Below are positions 38,455 through 48,179 of a stretch of 64,000 nt of DNA, piece by piece. The stretch's first letter is position 1, and every line of letters begins with the position of its first letter. A program made the translations under genes and the position numbers. This DNA comes from Candidatus Hadarchaeum sp. (GTDB taxonomy: Archaea; Hadarchaeota; Hadarchaeia; Hadarchaeales; Hadarchaeaceae). The notes beneath the pieces are model-generated. The model ran no database searches. It was not told the DNA's origin and saw nothing but the letters and a program-made list of their open reading frames with translations. Where the stretch lies: positions 47,534 through 111,533 of the forward strand of contig NZ_JAVZIN010000004.1 in assembly GCF_038871235.1 (NCBI RefSeq), written 5' to 3'.

Positions 38455-39276
38455 TCAACTCCCAAAAGCCGCCTCGCACCTAATTCCAAGTTCCCGGCAA
38501 ATGGAGGTTATCTTCGAAGAGATCTTGTTTCGGTAGTCGGATCCTTGGGAGATTATGGCTGGCACCCGCTCCGCTAGGCCGGGCTTCAGATTTTCCAGAA
38601 CGGGACCCAGCCTTTCCATCACCCACTGTTTCAGGTTGAGCTTATCATAGAGTATCTTGCTTTTCGTCTTTGCCGCGATTTCAACGATTTTTCTGAGGTT
38701 CTCATCGTCATCGTTTGTTTCAGGGATTATCGGTCCCAGAAATATCCAAGTGTCTACTCCACGGCTGGAGAACTCCTCAACGACCTGAGCGCGCGCGTCG
38801 GGTGGTGAAGCCCTTGGTTCAAGCAGGCGCGCCAGTTCCTGGTCTATTGTGGTGATAGTTACCCCGACATCAAATTTTTTCGGCACAATCAAGTCGGAGT
38901 CGCGCAGGATCAATTCAGATTTGGTCTGGATTGATACCGGAAAATCGTGCTGACACAGGATTTCAATGCATTTTCTGGTCAGTTCAACAGTTTTCTCGAT
39001 TGGTTGGTAGGGGTCGGTCACCGTGCTCACCCCGACAGTTCCGGTTTTTTTATAGATAACTTCCCGGCTCAGCACTTCTGCAATGTTCTGCTTTATCCGA
39101 ACTTTTTTACCCCAGCTCTCGGCAACTACTCTGTCCCTTAAAACTGAAGGGCTGTAACAGTAGGCACAACCGTGCTCGCATCCGGTGTAGGGATTCAAAG
39201 AGTAGGTCAGCCCGGGTAATCCGCTGAGGGATAACGCAGTGTGGCAGCTGACGAAGATGTATTCCACAACCATCAA
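38455..39276 (-). CDS. SPL-like (spore photoproduct lyase family) radical SAM protein
   Basis: LNPYTGCEHGCAYCY, STVTDPYQPIE, IQTKS, LEPRASPP. Confidence 0.88.
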   Translation of the reverse strand: MMVVEYIFVSCHTALSLSGLPGLTYSLNPYTGCEHGCAYCYSPSVLRDRVVAESWGKKVRIKQNIAEVLSREVIYKKTGTVGVSTVTDPYQPIEKTVELTRKCIEILCQHDFPVSIQTKSELILRDSDLIVPKKFDVGVTITTIDQELARLLEPRASPPDARAQVVEEFSSRGVDTWIFLGPIIPETNDDDENLRKIVEIAAKTKSKILYDKLNLKQWVMERLGPVLENLKPGLAERVPAIISQGSDYRNKISSKITSICRELGIRCEAAFGS

Positions 39277-40592
39277 GAAAACTCCGTTATCTTTTTCTGA
39301 TATAAGGATTGCTTCAGGAGCTGGCTATTCCGAATCCAGTTTTTGAGGGGGATGGTAAGTTTAGCCATGGCGTGGTTCAGTGCCGCGTTGAAGCTGTCGA
39401 ACTTTTCAGGCTCACTCTTCAGCATTTGCCTGAGGGATTCGCGCACGTTCCAGACGCCCACCGGCAGGATGTAGCCCGGGTGAATCTCCCTCAGCACAAG
39501 GGCCGCCGCCTGTCGGTTCTCCTGAAAGAGCCTTTCCGCGACCGCCAACCTGCTGGAGTAATAGCAACCCCCCACGTCGGGATAGGTGTTTCTGCCCCAG
39601 TAGTTCTCGAAATCCCCCATCATTGCCGGTTCTCTGGTACCCTTGTCCGGGTTCCAAGTTGTCCCCGGGAACCAAGCCTCGATCCACTCAAAACTCCATT
39701 TTTCCGGCATCAGAATGGCGACATAGCGGTTGTCCAGATAGCTGAAGGAATAGACCCGGTATTCGTCTATGGTGTCGTTCTGTTTGATCCGGTTGATGAG
39801 TTCTTGGGAGATGATCGAGTCCACGGCGGTGATGCTCCAGCGCGTGGGGACGAGTTTTCTGTTTTTCCCCAAGCCGAACATCCCGAGGCTGAACGCCCGC
39901 TGAATTCTGGTAACGTAAACACCGCTGTCGTAGAGTTCCACCACCGCCCCGTTGGCCTTGAGGTCGCGGTCGTAAAAAGCCTTCTCCAGTCTGCGGTCGA
40001 CGGAAACGTCAGAAGCATTAAAGGACCTTAGCGGCGCTGAAGGGCCGAAGGGTTGAATATCGCTCCCGAGGGTGAGAACTCCTTTTGGGACCTTTGCCAG
40101 AACCACCTCGGCGTCCACCGGGCTTCTTCCTAGCGCCAGTTCCTGAAGCGATTCCAGAAGACGCGTGCCGGTCTGTGCTTCGCGGATGTTGGCTATTGCC
40201 TTGCCGCGGATGAGTGAGAATCGGTAATCTATTATTTCCTGTATTCCCTTGCCGATCCAGAGTTCCGGGGTGTCCAGAATCTCGGTGTTTCCGGTGAACG
40301 GCGGGACCATCGGACCAATGAAGACCTTAGGATATCCCAGACGGCCCACGAAGACTCCCGGCGGGGTTGAACCTTGAATGTGAGTGGATGTGATGCGCAG
40401 GGTTGTTTTTGCCAAGGATTGGGCCTTGGCTATTATCGGACAGCTGAGCTTCCCGCAGAGTCTCCGGCCACCTTTACAAAGGAGACAAAGCGAGTTCGCC
40501 CTAGCGACCCTGATCTCCCGGAAGGTGGTCAGCTCGTTGACCTGCTGCGGTGAAATTACATCGCTCAACCAACTGGCTGGGGAAGAGGGCAT
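39273..40592 (-). CDS. nreA: Nre-family PCNA-interacting DNA repair protein
   Basis: CLLCKGGRRLCGKLSCP, VFVGRLGYP, LVPTRWSITAVD, GVWNVRE, C-terminal PIP QKKITEF. Confidence 0.92.
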   Translation of the reverse strand: MPSSPASWLSDVISPQQVNELTTFREIRVARANSLCLLCKGGRRLCGKLSCPIIAKAQSLAKTTLRITSTHIQGSTPPGVFVGRLGYPKVFIGPMVPPFTGNTEILDTPELWIGKGIQEIIDYRFSLIRGKAIANIREAQTGTRLLESLQELALGRSPVDAEVVLAKVPKGVLTLGSDIQPFGPSAPLRSFNASDVSVDRRLEKAFYDRDLKANGAVVELYDSGVYVTRIQRAFSLGMFGLGKNRKLVPTRWSITAVDSIISQELINRIKQNDTIDEYRVYSFSYLDNRYVAILMPEKWSFEWIEAWFPGTTWNPDKGTREPAMMGDFENYWGRNTYPDVGGCYYSSRLAVAERLFQENRQAAALVLREIHPGYILPVGVWNVRESLRQMLKSEPEKFDSFNAALNHAMAKLTIPLKNWIRNSQLLKQSLYQKKITEFS

Positions 40593-40729
40593 GTTTTAAC
40601 CCGGTTTATTCGATTGAAATAAAACTATTTCCCTCCTTTAAAATAATTGCCGTTACCACCTATCTTTCCAATTTCCTTTTAAGCCCTGCGGGCACTGTTT
40701 TTATGTAAGCAGAATTTTCGGCGTTTGAA

Positions 40730-41731
40730 ATGTATGACTTTGAGGAAGCCAAGGTGAAGGAATTTTTGAAAAGGACAGGGGCCAAACGGGCGGCCTTACA
40801 GGTACCGGCAGGTCTCGCTCCGCATCTGCCCGAGATCATGAGACCCTTTGACCAGCTGGGTGTGGAAGTGGTAATAATGGCCGGCAGCTGCTACGGCGCC
40901 TGTGACTTGGCCGATGAGGCGGCAAAGAAGCTGGGCAGCGATGTGCTGGTTCACTACGGTCATGCCGACATGGGTCTTGAGTCGGTTCTGCCCACGCTTT
41001 TCGTGGAAGCCCGGATAGAGAAGAGCCCGATTGAGTCACTTGAGCTGGCTCTTCCCGAACTGAGGTTCAAGCGAGTCGGTTTGGTTGCCACGGTTCAACA
41101 CGTCGGGCATCTAGAAGAGGCGGCTAATTTTCTCGAATTACACGGGATTCAAACATTGGTGGGTGGACCGTCTACTAGGACAAGATATCCGGGGCAGGTT
41201 CTGGGATGTGATGTTGGCTGTGCTAAGACCGTGGCACCGATGGTCGAAGGTTTCATCTACATTGGCACAGGTGAGTTTCACCCGTTGGGCGTTGCCCTGG
41301 TCACAGGAAAAAAGGTTGTTGCGGTCAACCCGGTCTCTGTGAGTTTCAAGATTTTCATGCCTCAGCAGGATGAGTTCATCAAAGAGAGAAAGGCCATGGT
41401 GGCTCGGGCGGCTCTGGGCAAAACTTTTGGCGTCATCGTGAGCACAAAGAAGGGCCAATCTCGTTTTAATCTCGCTAGCAAAATCGTAGATCTGCTCAGG
41501 AGGGAAGGGAAACGGACCTACCTCTTGGCGGTTGATGACATCTCTCCGGAAGTGATGAAAAATTTTGGCTTCGATGCCTTGGTCCTTGTCGCCTGTCCAC
41601 GCATCCCGGTAGATGACGCAGAACGATTTGAGAGTCCGGTGTTAACACCATTTGAGGTCTTGGTCATGCTGGGAAAATTACCAATCGAGCCCTACCGAAT
41701 GGATGAGATAAATAAGGAGGATATGGGATAA
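40730..41731 (+). CDS. dph2: Diphthamide synthesis protein Dph2
   Basis: CYGACD, HYGH, GQVLGC, STKKGQ, ACPRI. Confidence 0.94.
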   Translation: MYDFEEAKVKEFLKRTGAKRAALQVPAGLAPHLPEIMRPFDQLGVEVVIMAGSCYGACDLADEAAKKLGSDVLVHYGHADMGLESVLPTLFVEARIEKSPIESLELALPELRFKRVGLVATVQHVGHLEEAANFLELHGIQTLVGGPSTRTRYPGQVLGCDVGCAKTVAPMVEGFIYIGTGEFHPLGVALVTGKKVVAVNPVSVSFKIFMPQQDEFIKERKAMVARAALGKTFGVIVSTKKGQSRFNLASKIVDLLRREGKRTYLLAVDDISPEVMKNFGFDALVLVACPRIPVDDAERFESPVLTPFEVLVMLGKLPIEPYRMDEINKEDMG

Positions 41732-41769
41732 ATCGTTTAAGTGGAGCAATATATTGTTGGTGGGATGTT

Positions 41770-42348
41770 ATGCCTGAAGTAAGTACAGGAGATTTCGTGA
41801 TACCGGGTGACCTCTTGGCTACAGCGGAGGAGTTTGTCCCGGGAAACGGTGCTTATGAGGAGAACGGGAAGATATATGCCGCAAACACTGGCGTGGTCTT
41901 GGTCGATGCTAGAACGAAGCACATCTCGGTGTTTTCACGGACAGCTGGGGTACCTACCTTAAAGAGAGGCGACATCATCATCGGCAGGGTGGATGAGGTA
42001 AGAGATCAGAATGCCACCGTTGTCATCGGTCGTCTGCGTGGCAGGGAGGATCGAGCACTGCCACCACCGAATGTGGGTTTAATTCACATCTCGCAGACTG
42101 ATGCTGGGTATGTAAAGGACTTGGGCCGGGAGTTTCGAGTCGGCGACATCGTGCGTGCCAAGGTCATCAACGCCAGTAGGGAGCCCGTGCAGCTGTCTAC
42201 CGTCGGCGAGGATCTCGGCGTCATCGTTGCCTTCTGTTCGAGGTGCCGGAGCCCGCTGACCCGCCAGGGTAAGAAGCTGGTGTGCGATTCTTGCGGCAAC
42301 GTGGAATTTAGAAAAATAGCGAACGATTACCGAAAAGGAGTGCTGTGA
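41770..42348 (+). CDS. csl4: Exosome subunit Csl4
   Basis: VIPGD..EEF, S1 domain, C-terminal CSRC...CDSC..EFRK. Confidence 0.95.
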   Translation: MPEVSTGDFVIPGDLLATAEEFVPGNGAYEENGKIYAANTGVVLVDARTKHISVFSRTAGVPTLKRGDIIIGRVDEVRDQNATVVIGRLRGREDRALPPPNVGLIHISQTDAGYVKDLGREFRVGDIVRAKVINASREPVQLSTVGEDLGVIVAFCSRCRSPLTRQGKKLVCDSCGNVEFRKIANDYRKGVL

Positions 42349-42548
42349 TGGCGAGGACCAAGCGGGTTCTGAACGTGCCTGTGAAGGACACGGCCCAGAT
42401 GCTGGACCTCATGAAGAGGCTCGGGACGCTGGCGGCGGACCTGGAGGCGGTTTCTAGGCCGGGGATGGTCAGAATAGTCCTGCACGGAACCGGCGAGGAG
42501 ATTAAAGAGCTGAAGCAAAAAATTAAAGATTTCACAAAGGCTAAATAA
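42345..42548 (+). CDS. Small protein between csl4 and rpoL (resembles a DUF2067 N-terminus)
   Basis: Overlaps csl4 stop; VRIVLHGTGEEIKE motif; syntenic position. Confidence 0.65.
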   Translation: MMARTKRVLNVPVKDTAQMLDLMKRLGTLAADLEAVSRPGMVRIVLHGTGEEIKELKQKIKDFTKAK

Positions 42549-42578
42549 AGGGGATTACAGGTAGTCTGGGTGGGGTAA

Positions 42579-42860
42579 ATGGAGCTTGAGTTAATCGAGA
42601 AGGGGGAGGACAGCATCCTGATAAAGATAATTGGGGAAGATCACACCTTTTGCAACATGCTGCGGGCGGAACTGTTGAAGGATGACAACGTGGTTTCCGC
42701 AGTCTACATGATTGAGCATCCCCTGACTGAGCCACCGAAGTTTTATCTCAAGGTCAAGCGGGACAAGTCACCCGAAAAAGCGCTGATGGATGCAGCCGGA
42801 CGTTTGGTTGAGCAGCTGGAGGACCTGAAGAAACAACTCCAGAAAGAGCTTAAGAAATAA
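42579..42860 (+). CDS. rpoL: RNA polymerase subunit L (Rpo11)
   Basis: GEDHTFCNML...YMIEHPL. Confidence 0.95.
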   Translation: MELELIEKGEDSILIKIIGEDHTFCNMLRAELLKDDNVVSAVYMIEHPLTEPPKFYLKVKRDKSPEKALMDAAGRLVEQLEDLKKQLQKELKK

Positions 42861-42885
42861 TACTGATGTTCTCTTAGGGCTTGCT

Positions 42886-43491
42886 TTGCGCCAGGTAAAG
42901 TTTTGGCAGATAAAGCCTGAGATCAGGATTTTGGGCGTCGACGATGGTCCATTTGAGGCGGACTACCGTGGAAAAGTTCCGCTGGTGGGAGCTGTTTTCA
43001 GAGGCGGGACTTGGCTTGATGGCGTCATGATTTCCGAAGTCGAGAAGGACGGGATGGATGTAACCGAGCGTTTAATCGAAATGCTGGGGAGGAGCCGCCA
43101 TCTGGGTCAGCTCAGGGTTTTGATGGTCGATGGCGTTACCTTTGCCGGGTTCAACGTGCTGGACGTGAGGGAGGTCTTCAGGAAGACGGGCTTGCCGGTG
43201 ATTGTCATCTCTAGGGAAATTCCAGTGATGGCAGATATTCGTAAGGCGCTGAAACATCTTCCCAAATGGAGGCAAAGGTGGAGGATCATCAGGGGGACGG
43301 GAAAGATATATGCGGTGACGACACAGAGCCAAGACAAGCCGATATATATGCAGCCGGTCGGGATTAAGAGAGAGGATGCTGAAAAGGTGGTGAGGTTGAG
43401 TTCAACCCGGAGCTTGGTTCCAGAGCCTCTTCGGGTTGCCCACCTCATCGCCACCGCAATCGTTCGCGGTGAGAGCTATGGTCGGGTCTAG
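42886..43491 (+). CDS. DUF99 / endonuclease V-like protein
   Basis: LGVDDGPF, DGMD, DGVTFAGFNV, PEPLRVAHLIA. Confidence 0.88.
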   Translation: MRQVKFWQIKPEIRILGVDDGPFEADYRGKVPLVGAVFRGGTWLDGVMISEVEKDGMDVTERLIEMLGRSRHLGQLRVLMVDGVTFAGFNVLDVREVFRKTGLPVIVISREIPVMADIRKALKHLPKWRQRWRIIRGTGKIYAVTTQSQDKPIYMQPVGIKREDAEKVVRLSSTRSLVPEPLRVAHLIATAIVRGESYGRV

Positions 43492-44041
43492 GAAAAAACA
43501 TCGATTCTTCAGGAGAGCCAAGTCATCGGTGAGAAATTTTCTGAGGCGCCCGGCAGTTAATGGAACGGTTGAGTTTCTGCTGATGTTAGGCATCCTCTAT
43601 TTTGGTTTCACTGGGATCATGATTTTGATTTTTCGAACCGATTCCTTCTGGAGGGGGGTAACCTCCCAGAGTATGAGACATGAAGATGATTATTCTTGGC
43701 GCCAGTACTATATGGACCGGGGCATTGACACCTCCCAGTTCCCAATTCAGGGCGGATTTGAACGCGGGGACCTGTTGATCATTCAGGGGGTCAGCTCCTT
43801 CTCTGAAATAAAGGTGGGCGATGTCGTCGTTCTGGATCAGGGTAGTGATGTGATACCGCTGGTGCACAGGGTCGTTGAGATATGGTATGAAAACGGATCG
43901 CCCAGATTCATGACCAAGGGTGACGCCAACAGCCGCTCGCTACCAACTGAGGAGGCCAACCGACCTGAGCAGATCTTGGGCAAGGTCATCTTTGTCGTCC
44001 CCAAACTGGGCTTTATCTCGCTGTGGTTCCAAGGACAGTGA
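43478..44041 (+). CDS. Signal peptidase I (S26, Ser/His type)
   Basis: TM anchor, SQSM, RGDL, LVHRV, TKGDAN. Confidence 0.9.
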   Translation: MVGSRKKHRFFRRAKSSVRNFLRRPAVNGTVEFLLMLGILYFGFTGIMILIFRTDSFWRGVTSQSMRHEDDYSWRQYYMDRGIDTSQFPIQGGFERGDLLIIQGVSSFSEIKVGDVVVLDQGSDVIPLVHRVVEIWYENGSPRFMTKGDANSRSLPTEEANRPEQILGKVIFVVPKLGFISLWFQGQ

Positions 44042-44045
44042 GACG

Positions 44046-44435
44046 ATGGCGAGACCAGCTTTAACGGTTGATTTGGTGATCAAGCTCCGTGGTGGCGTCG
44101 TTCTGGTTAAAAGGAAAAATGAACCCTACCGGAACCGGTGGGCACTACCCGGCGGTTTTGTGGAGTACGGGGAGAAAGTGGAGGACGCTGCGGTCAGGGA
44201 GGCATGGGAGGAGACCGGACTCAGGGTGAAGTTGCTGGGCTTAGTCGGCATCTATTCTGATCCCCACCGGGACCCGAGGGGGCACACGGTGAGCATCTGT
44301 TTTTTGGCCAAGAGGGCTGGCGGAAGGCTCAAATCGGGCAGCGACGCTAGTGAGGTCGGGGTTTTCAGGAAGATTCCTTGGGGGGAGCTGGCGTTCGACC
44401 ACGCGCAAATTTTAAAAGACGCAGGGTTCAAGTGA
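44046..44435 (+). CDS. NUDIX hydrolase (ADP-ribose pyrophosphatase-like)
   Basis: PGGFVEYGEKVEDAAVREAWEETGL; RDPRGH; LAFDH. Confidence 0.93.
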   Translation: MARPALTVDLVIKLRGGVVLVKRKNEPYRNRWALPGGFVEYGEKVEDAAVREAWEETGLRVKLLGLVGIYSDPHRDPRGHTVSICFLAKRAGGRLKSGSDASEVGVFRKIPWGELAFDHAQILKDAGFK

Positions 44436-44439
44436 GCAT

Positions 44440-44766
44440 ATGCAATTTTGTCCTAAATGCGGACGGCTGCTGCTACCGAAGAAGGAGAAAGAGCAGGTGG
44501 TCTTGGTCTGCAGCGCATGCGGTCATGTGGTCAGGGAGGAGAAGGTGGAGGGCTATTCCGTTGTCAAAAAAACCACCACGTCTGAAGATATCTTGGTCGT
44601 GGAGGAAGAAACTAAGACAGGTTTGCCCTCAGCTAAGGTCCACTGTCCCAGCTGCGGCCACGATCGGGCCTACTGGTGGATGAGGCAGACACGTTCCGCG
44701 GATGAACCGACGACACGTTTTTACCGTTGCGCGAAATGTGGAAAAGTGTGGAGGGAATACGCCTAG
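44440..44766 (+). CDS. tfs: Transcription factor S
   Basis: FCPKCG...CSACG; CPSC...QTRSADEPTTRFYRCAKC. Confidence 0.96.
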   Translation: MQFCPKCGRLLLPKKEKEQVVLVCSACGHVVREEKVEGYSVVKKTTTSEDILVVEEETKTGLPSAKVHCPSCGHDRAYWWMRQTRSADEPTTRFYRCAKCGKVWREYA

Positions 44767-44775
44767 TGGGATAAT

Positions 44776-45123
44776 ATGGAGGAGATTCAGCAGAGGAGGA
44801 TGCCCGCCAAGCCGAGGAGGATCGCCGAGATAAAGATAGGTGACGAGAGGGTTAGGGTCGTCGGGCTGGTGGTGGATAAAAGGGACTCAGAGTTCACTTT
44901 AGATGATGGAACCGGACGCCTGACGGTAATTTATGATGATCCCGCCGTCGCTGAGGGCGTAGAGGTGGGCTCCAAAGTCAGGGTCTTCGGAGCGCCGCTG
45001 GTGGTTTCTGGGACCAGTGAACTACACGCTGACATCGCCCAGAAGCTGGACAAACTTGATTTAAATCTCTACAGAGAAGTAAGACAGGAGGCAGAGAAAC
45101 TGGAGCGTGAGCTGGGGAGGTAG
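44776..45123 (+). CDS. Single OB-fold protein, RPA3/RPA14-like
   Basis: RRMPAKPRRIAEI, VRVVGLVV, LDDGTG, VRVFG, C-terminal helix LNLYREV. Confidence 0.75.
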   Translation: MEEIQQRRMPAKPRRIAEIKIGDERVRVVGLVVDKRDSEFTLDDGTGRLTVIYDDPAVAEGVEVGSKVRVFGAPLVVSGTSELHADIAQKLDKLDLNLYREVRQEAEKLERELGR

Positions 45124-45126
45124 AAT

Positions 45127-45882
45127 ATGGTCAGCGCCAAGATGTCGGATCCCAAAGTTTGGAAGACATGTGTCGGAGCCATGGTTAACCTGATAGAGGA
45201 GGCGGCCTTCAGGTTTAGCCCTGAGGGCGTCAAGATGAAGGCAATGGACCCCTCTCATGTGGCGCTGGTGGACTTTGAGCTGCCCGCCGCTGCTTTTTCC
45301 GAGTATGCGGTCAAACAGCCGGTGACGCTGGGAATAAACCTTACTGAAATGGATAAGATACTTTCCCGGGCCAAGGCGGACGATGAGCTGATACTTGAAC
45401 TTGATGAGAAGATGAATCGTCTGGCCATTGTTTTCAAGGGTGCCTCGACCAGACGGCTGAGCTTGCCCCTCATCGACGTTCGGGAGGCGGAGCTACAGGA
45501 GCCGAGGATACAGTTCACCGCCACGGCCGAGATACTCGCCGGGATCATCCAAGATGGGCTCAAGGATGCCGAACTGATCAGCGACAACGTGAGGTTCGAG
45601 CTCAACGAGGAGGGATTTTTTGTCACCGCTGAGGGGGACAGGGGATCTACCGAACTCAAGCTCTGCAAGGGCGACAAGGGGTTGCTGAAGCTCAGCGTCA
45701 GGGAGAGGGCCCGGGCTATGTTCAACATAAAGTATCTCACCGATATGACCAAGGCGGCCGGGTCTGCTGACGTGATAAAGGTCAGCTTGGGGACCAACCT
45801 GCCCATTCAGCTGGACTACCCAATAGCTGGGGGCGTGGGGAAGCTCAGATTTTTGCTGGCGCCAAGGGTGGAATCGGAGTAG
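45127..45882 (+). CDS. pcn: PCNA sliding clamp
   Basis: AMDPSHVALV, C-terminal FLLAPRVE. Confidence 0.97.
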   Translation: MVSAKMSDPKVWKTCVGAMVNLIEEAAFRFSPEGVKMKAMDPSHVALVDFELPAAAFSEYAVKQPVTLGINLTEMDKILSRAKADDELILELDEKMNRLAIVFKGASTRRLSLPLIDVREAELQEPRIQFTATAEILAGIIQDGLKDAELISDNVRFELNEEGFFVTAEGDRGSTELKLCKGDKGLLKLSVRERARAMFNIKYLTDMTKAAGSADVIKVSLGTNLPIQLDYPIAGGVGKLRFLLAPRVESE

Positions 45883-45932
45883 CTCCTCTGAAAAAGTTAA
45901 ATCTGGAGACGCCGAAATAGCCTCAAAGCTGA

Positions 45933-47213
45933 TTGTTGGGGCTGGACTTGATCGCTCCGGAATATTTGGCCGTGCTGGATCCGTTTGCAGACGAGGCGAA
46001 GCGGATCGTGGAAACATCGCCGCCGCTGGAGTCCCTACCGCCGGAGATAGTTGAGAGGTCCGTCCGACGGGTGAAGTGGACGACCAAGGAGATGCTGGTC
46101 GAGCCGAACCTAGATAGCATCCGGGCTGAGGTGCTTTCCTTTTACCTGATGTGCCAGGCGGTTGCTTCAGTCTCCTTTCCCGGCTCGCCAGAGGTCCGCC
46201 TGATCAGCGAGGCGACCCGGAACACGCTCAGATACCGGATGTATGACCTCTTCAAGAGGGGGCAGGTGGATCTATGCTTGAGGGCCGTCAAGCGCTCGAT
46301 AAACTTAGTGGATTTGGAGATCGGGGAAGCCATCCAGGTTGCCGGCTTTACCATACCTCGCGATGATTTCTACCGCCTGCGCGACCTGAGGCTGGCGGAG
46401 GATGGGCTGGAGACGGTTGACGATAGGATTCTTCCCCAGTATCTGCCGAGGTATGCGGTGAGGTGGACCGATCTCGCTCCACTGCTCAGGCACCGGCGAA
46501 AGGAGCTGACCAAGCTTTATCTGGTCGGGGGCTGGGCTGTGATCACACCTCGGGATCTCTGGGATCTTTATGCTAATTTCATCAGCGTGAGACTGGAGGA
46601 TTACGTGCAGTCTGTCTATGAGAGAATTCTGGAGTCGGGAGCCCAGCCGTCGGGAGTTCTAGCCCAAGTGGGCGAAAGGATTTCCTCGATGGTGCCTAAG
46701 GAAGTGGCGATTCGCGAGGGATTCACCCGCGGGCCGGCGGGCAGGCTTCGGCCCGAGTTCTTCCCGCCGTGCATGAAGCTGGCCTTGAACGGGGTCGGGG
46801 CCGGACTGAGAAACTACGCCATCATGATGATGCTCACGCCCTTTCTCTCCTATGCTAGGGTGGCTCCTTCTGGAAAGGTGGCCACGAGGATGGCTGACTT
46901 CATCAATGATATTTCTATAGTCAGGGATGAAATCGCCCCGCTTCTCTTTGAGGCGGCGGAGAGGTGCAATCCCCCCCTTTTCAAGGATCAACCCCAGGAA
47001 AAGGCTGGCATTTTTTACCACATGGGGTTTGGCATGACGACCGAGCCCACTCTTGCCGACTCCGGAAGATCGAAGTGGTACCGGACCCCCAACTGTTCCA
47101 AGATTCAGATGTCGGCACCAACTCTCTGCAGGCCGGATGAATTCTGTCGCAAGGTGAAGAACCCGCTTACCTATTACTTCAGGAGGAAGTATGAGGCGTC
47201 GAGGGCGGAGTGA
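45933..47213 (+). CDS. priL: DNA primase large subunit
   Basis: LDPF N-terminus; FPPCM, GLRNYA, RCNPPLF, YRTPNC..C...C, KNPLTYY Fe-S domain. Confidence 0.92.
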   Translation: MLGLDLIAPEYLAVLDPFADEAKRIVETSPPLESLPPEIVERSVRRVKWTTKEMLVEPNLDSIRAEVLSFYLMCQAVASVSFPGSPEVRLISEATRNTLRYRMYDLFKRGQVDLCLRAVKRSINLVDLEIGEAIQVAGFTIPRDDFYRLRDLRLAEDGLETVDDRILPQYLPRYAVRWTDLAPLLRHRRKELTKLYLVGGWAVITPRDLWDLYANFISVRLEDYVQSVYERILESGAQPSGVLAQVGERISSMVPKEVAIREGFTRGPAGRLRPEFFPPCMKLALNGVGAGLRNYAIMMMLTPFLSYARVAPSGKVATRMADFINDISIVRDEIAPLLFEAAERCNPPLFKDQPQEKAGIFYHMGFGMTTEPTLADSGRSKWYRTPNCSKIQMSAPTLCRPDEFCRKVKNPLTYYFRRKYEASRAE

Positions 47214-47222
47214 GGTGTCCGG

Positions 47223-48179
47223 ATGATAATGCGCGAGGCAACTCCTGAGGAACGCCGTAGGTTTTACCTAGAGGAGTGGAACAAACGTGAGGTACCTGAT
47301 TTTATACTTCACACAATTTCGATGAGGGAGTTTGGTTTCGACCTGGATGGTAAGGGACCCAATAACCGCTACAACCAGTTCTTGACGGTCGACCAGCTGG
47401 GTGATTTCCTAAGGATCCGGGCACCCTACTCTGCTTACGCTAGCGTGGCGCTCTACGAGAGGCCCTCGGCGCGGGAGGGCTGGCTTAAAGCCGAGCTGGC
47501 GCTGGACATTGATGCCAAGGACCTGCCGCTCAAGTCGTGCGGATGCCCGCCTGGCAGCGTTTGTGAAAGGTGCCTGGATGAGGCGAGGCAGGTTGCCAAG
47601 CAGTTTGCCGAGGTCTTGGCGAGTGACCTAGGACTACGGAAGATAAATTTCATTTACTCTGGGCGTGGCTTTCACATTAGAGTCAACGATGAGTCGGTGA
47701 TGACGCTTGAGGGCAATGAAAGGGCGCAGTTGGTGGACTATGTAACTGGTGGGGTGATCCCGTCCGATTTCACCATGGCGCTGGGCTATTCCAAGGTCTT
47801 CCGCGAGAGGCTGGAGAGGACCTTCAGTTCACTGAGGATGGAGGATTTACTTGAGGTGAGGGGTATGAAAAGGTCGCTTGCTCAGCGGCTCATTCAGGAG
47901 AAAGAACGCGCCATGGAGATGATAAGAAAAGGGAAGCTGGATGAACTTTCCGGCTTAGAGGGCATGGGCCCCAAGACCTTCCGGAACCTTCTGGAGTTTC
48001 TGACTAAGCTGAATTCAGGTTTCACGGATGGCAAGGTCACCATCGACACTAAGAGGATCCTTAGGCTGCCTTCAAGCCTGCACTCAGGAGTAAGCATGAA
48101 GTGCATGGTGGTTCAGGACATCGACAGGTTCAAGCTGGAGGAGGCGGTTCCTAAATTTTTGAGGGAGGCGGCTGGATGA
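47223..48179 (+). CDS. priS: DNA primase small subunit
   Basis: REFGFD, ELALDIDAKD, YSGRGFH, DGKVTID..RILRLPSSLH. Confidence 0.96.
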   Translation: MIMREATPEERRRFYLEEWNKREVPDFILHTISMREFGFDLDGKGPNNRYNQFLTVDQLGDFLRIRAPYSAYASVALYERPSAREGWLKAELALDIDAKDLPLKSCGCPPGSVCERCLDEARQVAKQFAEVLASDLGLRKINFIYSGRGFHIRVNDESVMTLEGNERAQLVDYVTGGVIPSDFTMALGYSKVFRERLERTFSSLRMEDLLEVRGMKRSLAQRLIQEKERAMEMIRKGKLDELSGLEGMGPKTFRNLLEFLTKLNSGFTDGKVTIDTKRILRLPSSLHSGVSMKCMVVQDIDRFKLEEAVPKFLREAAG

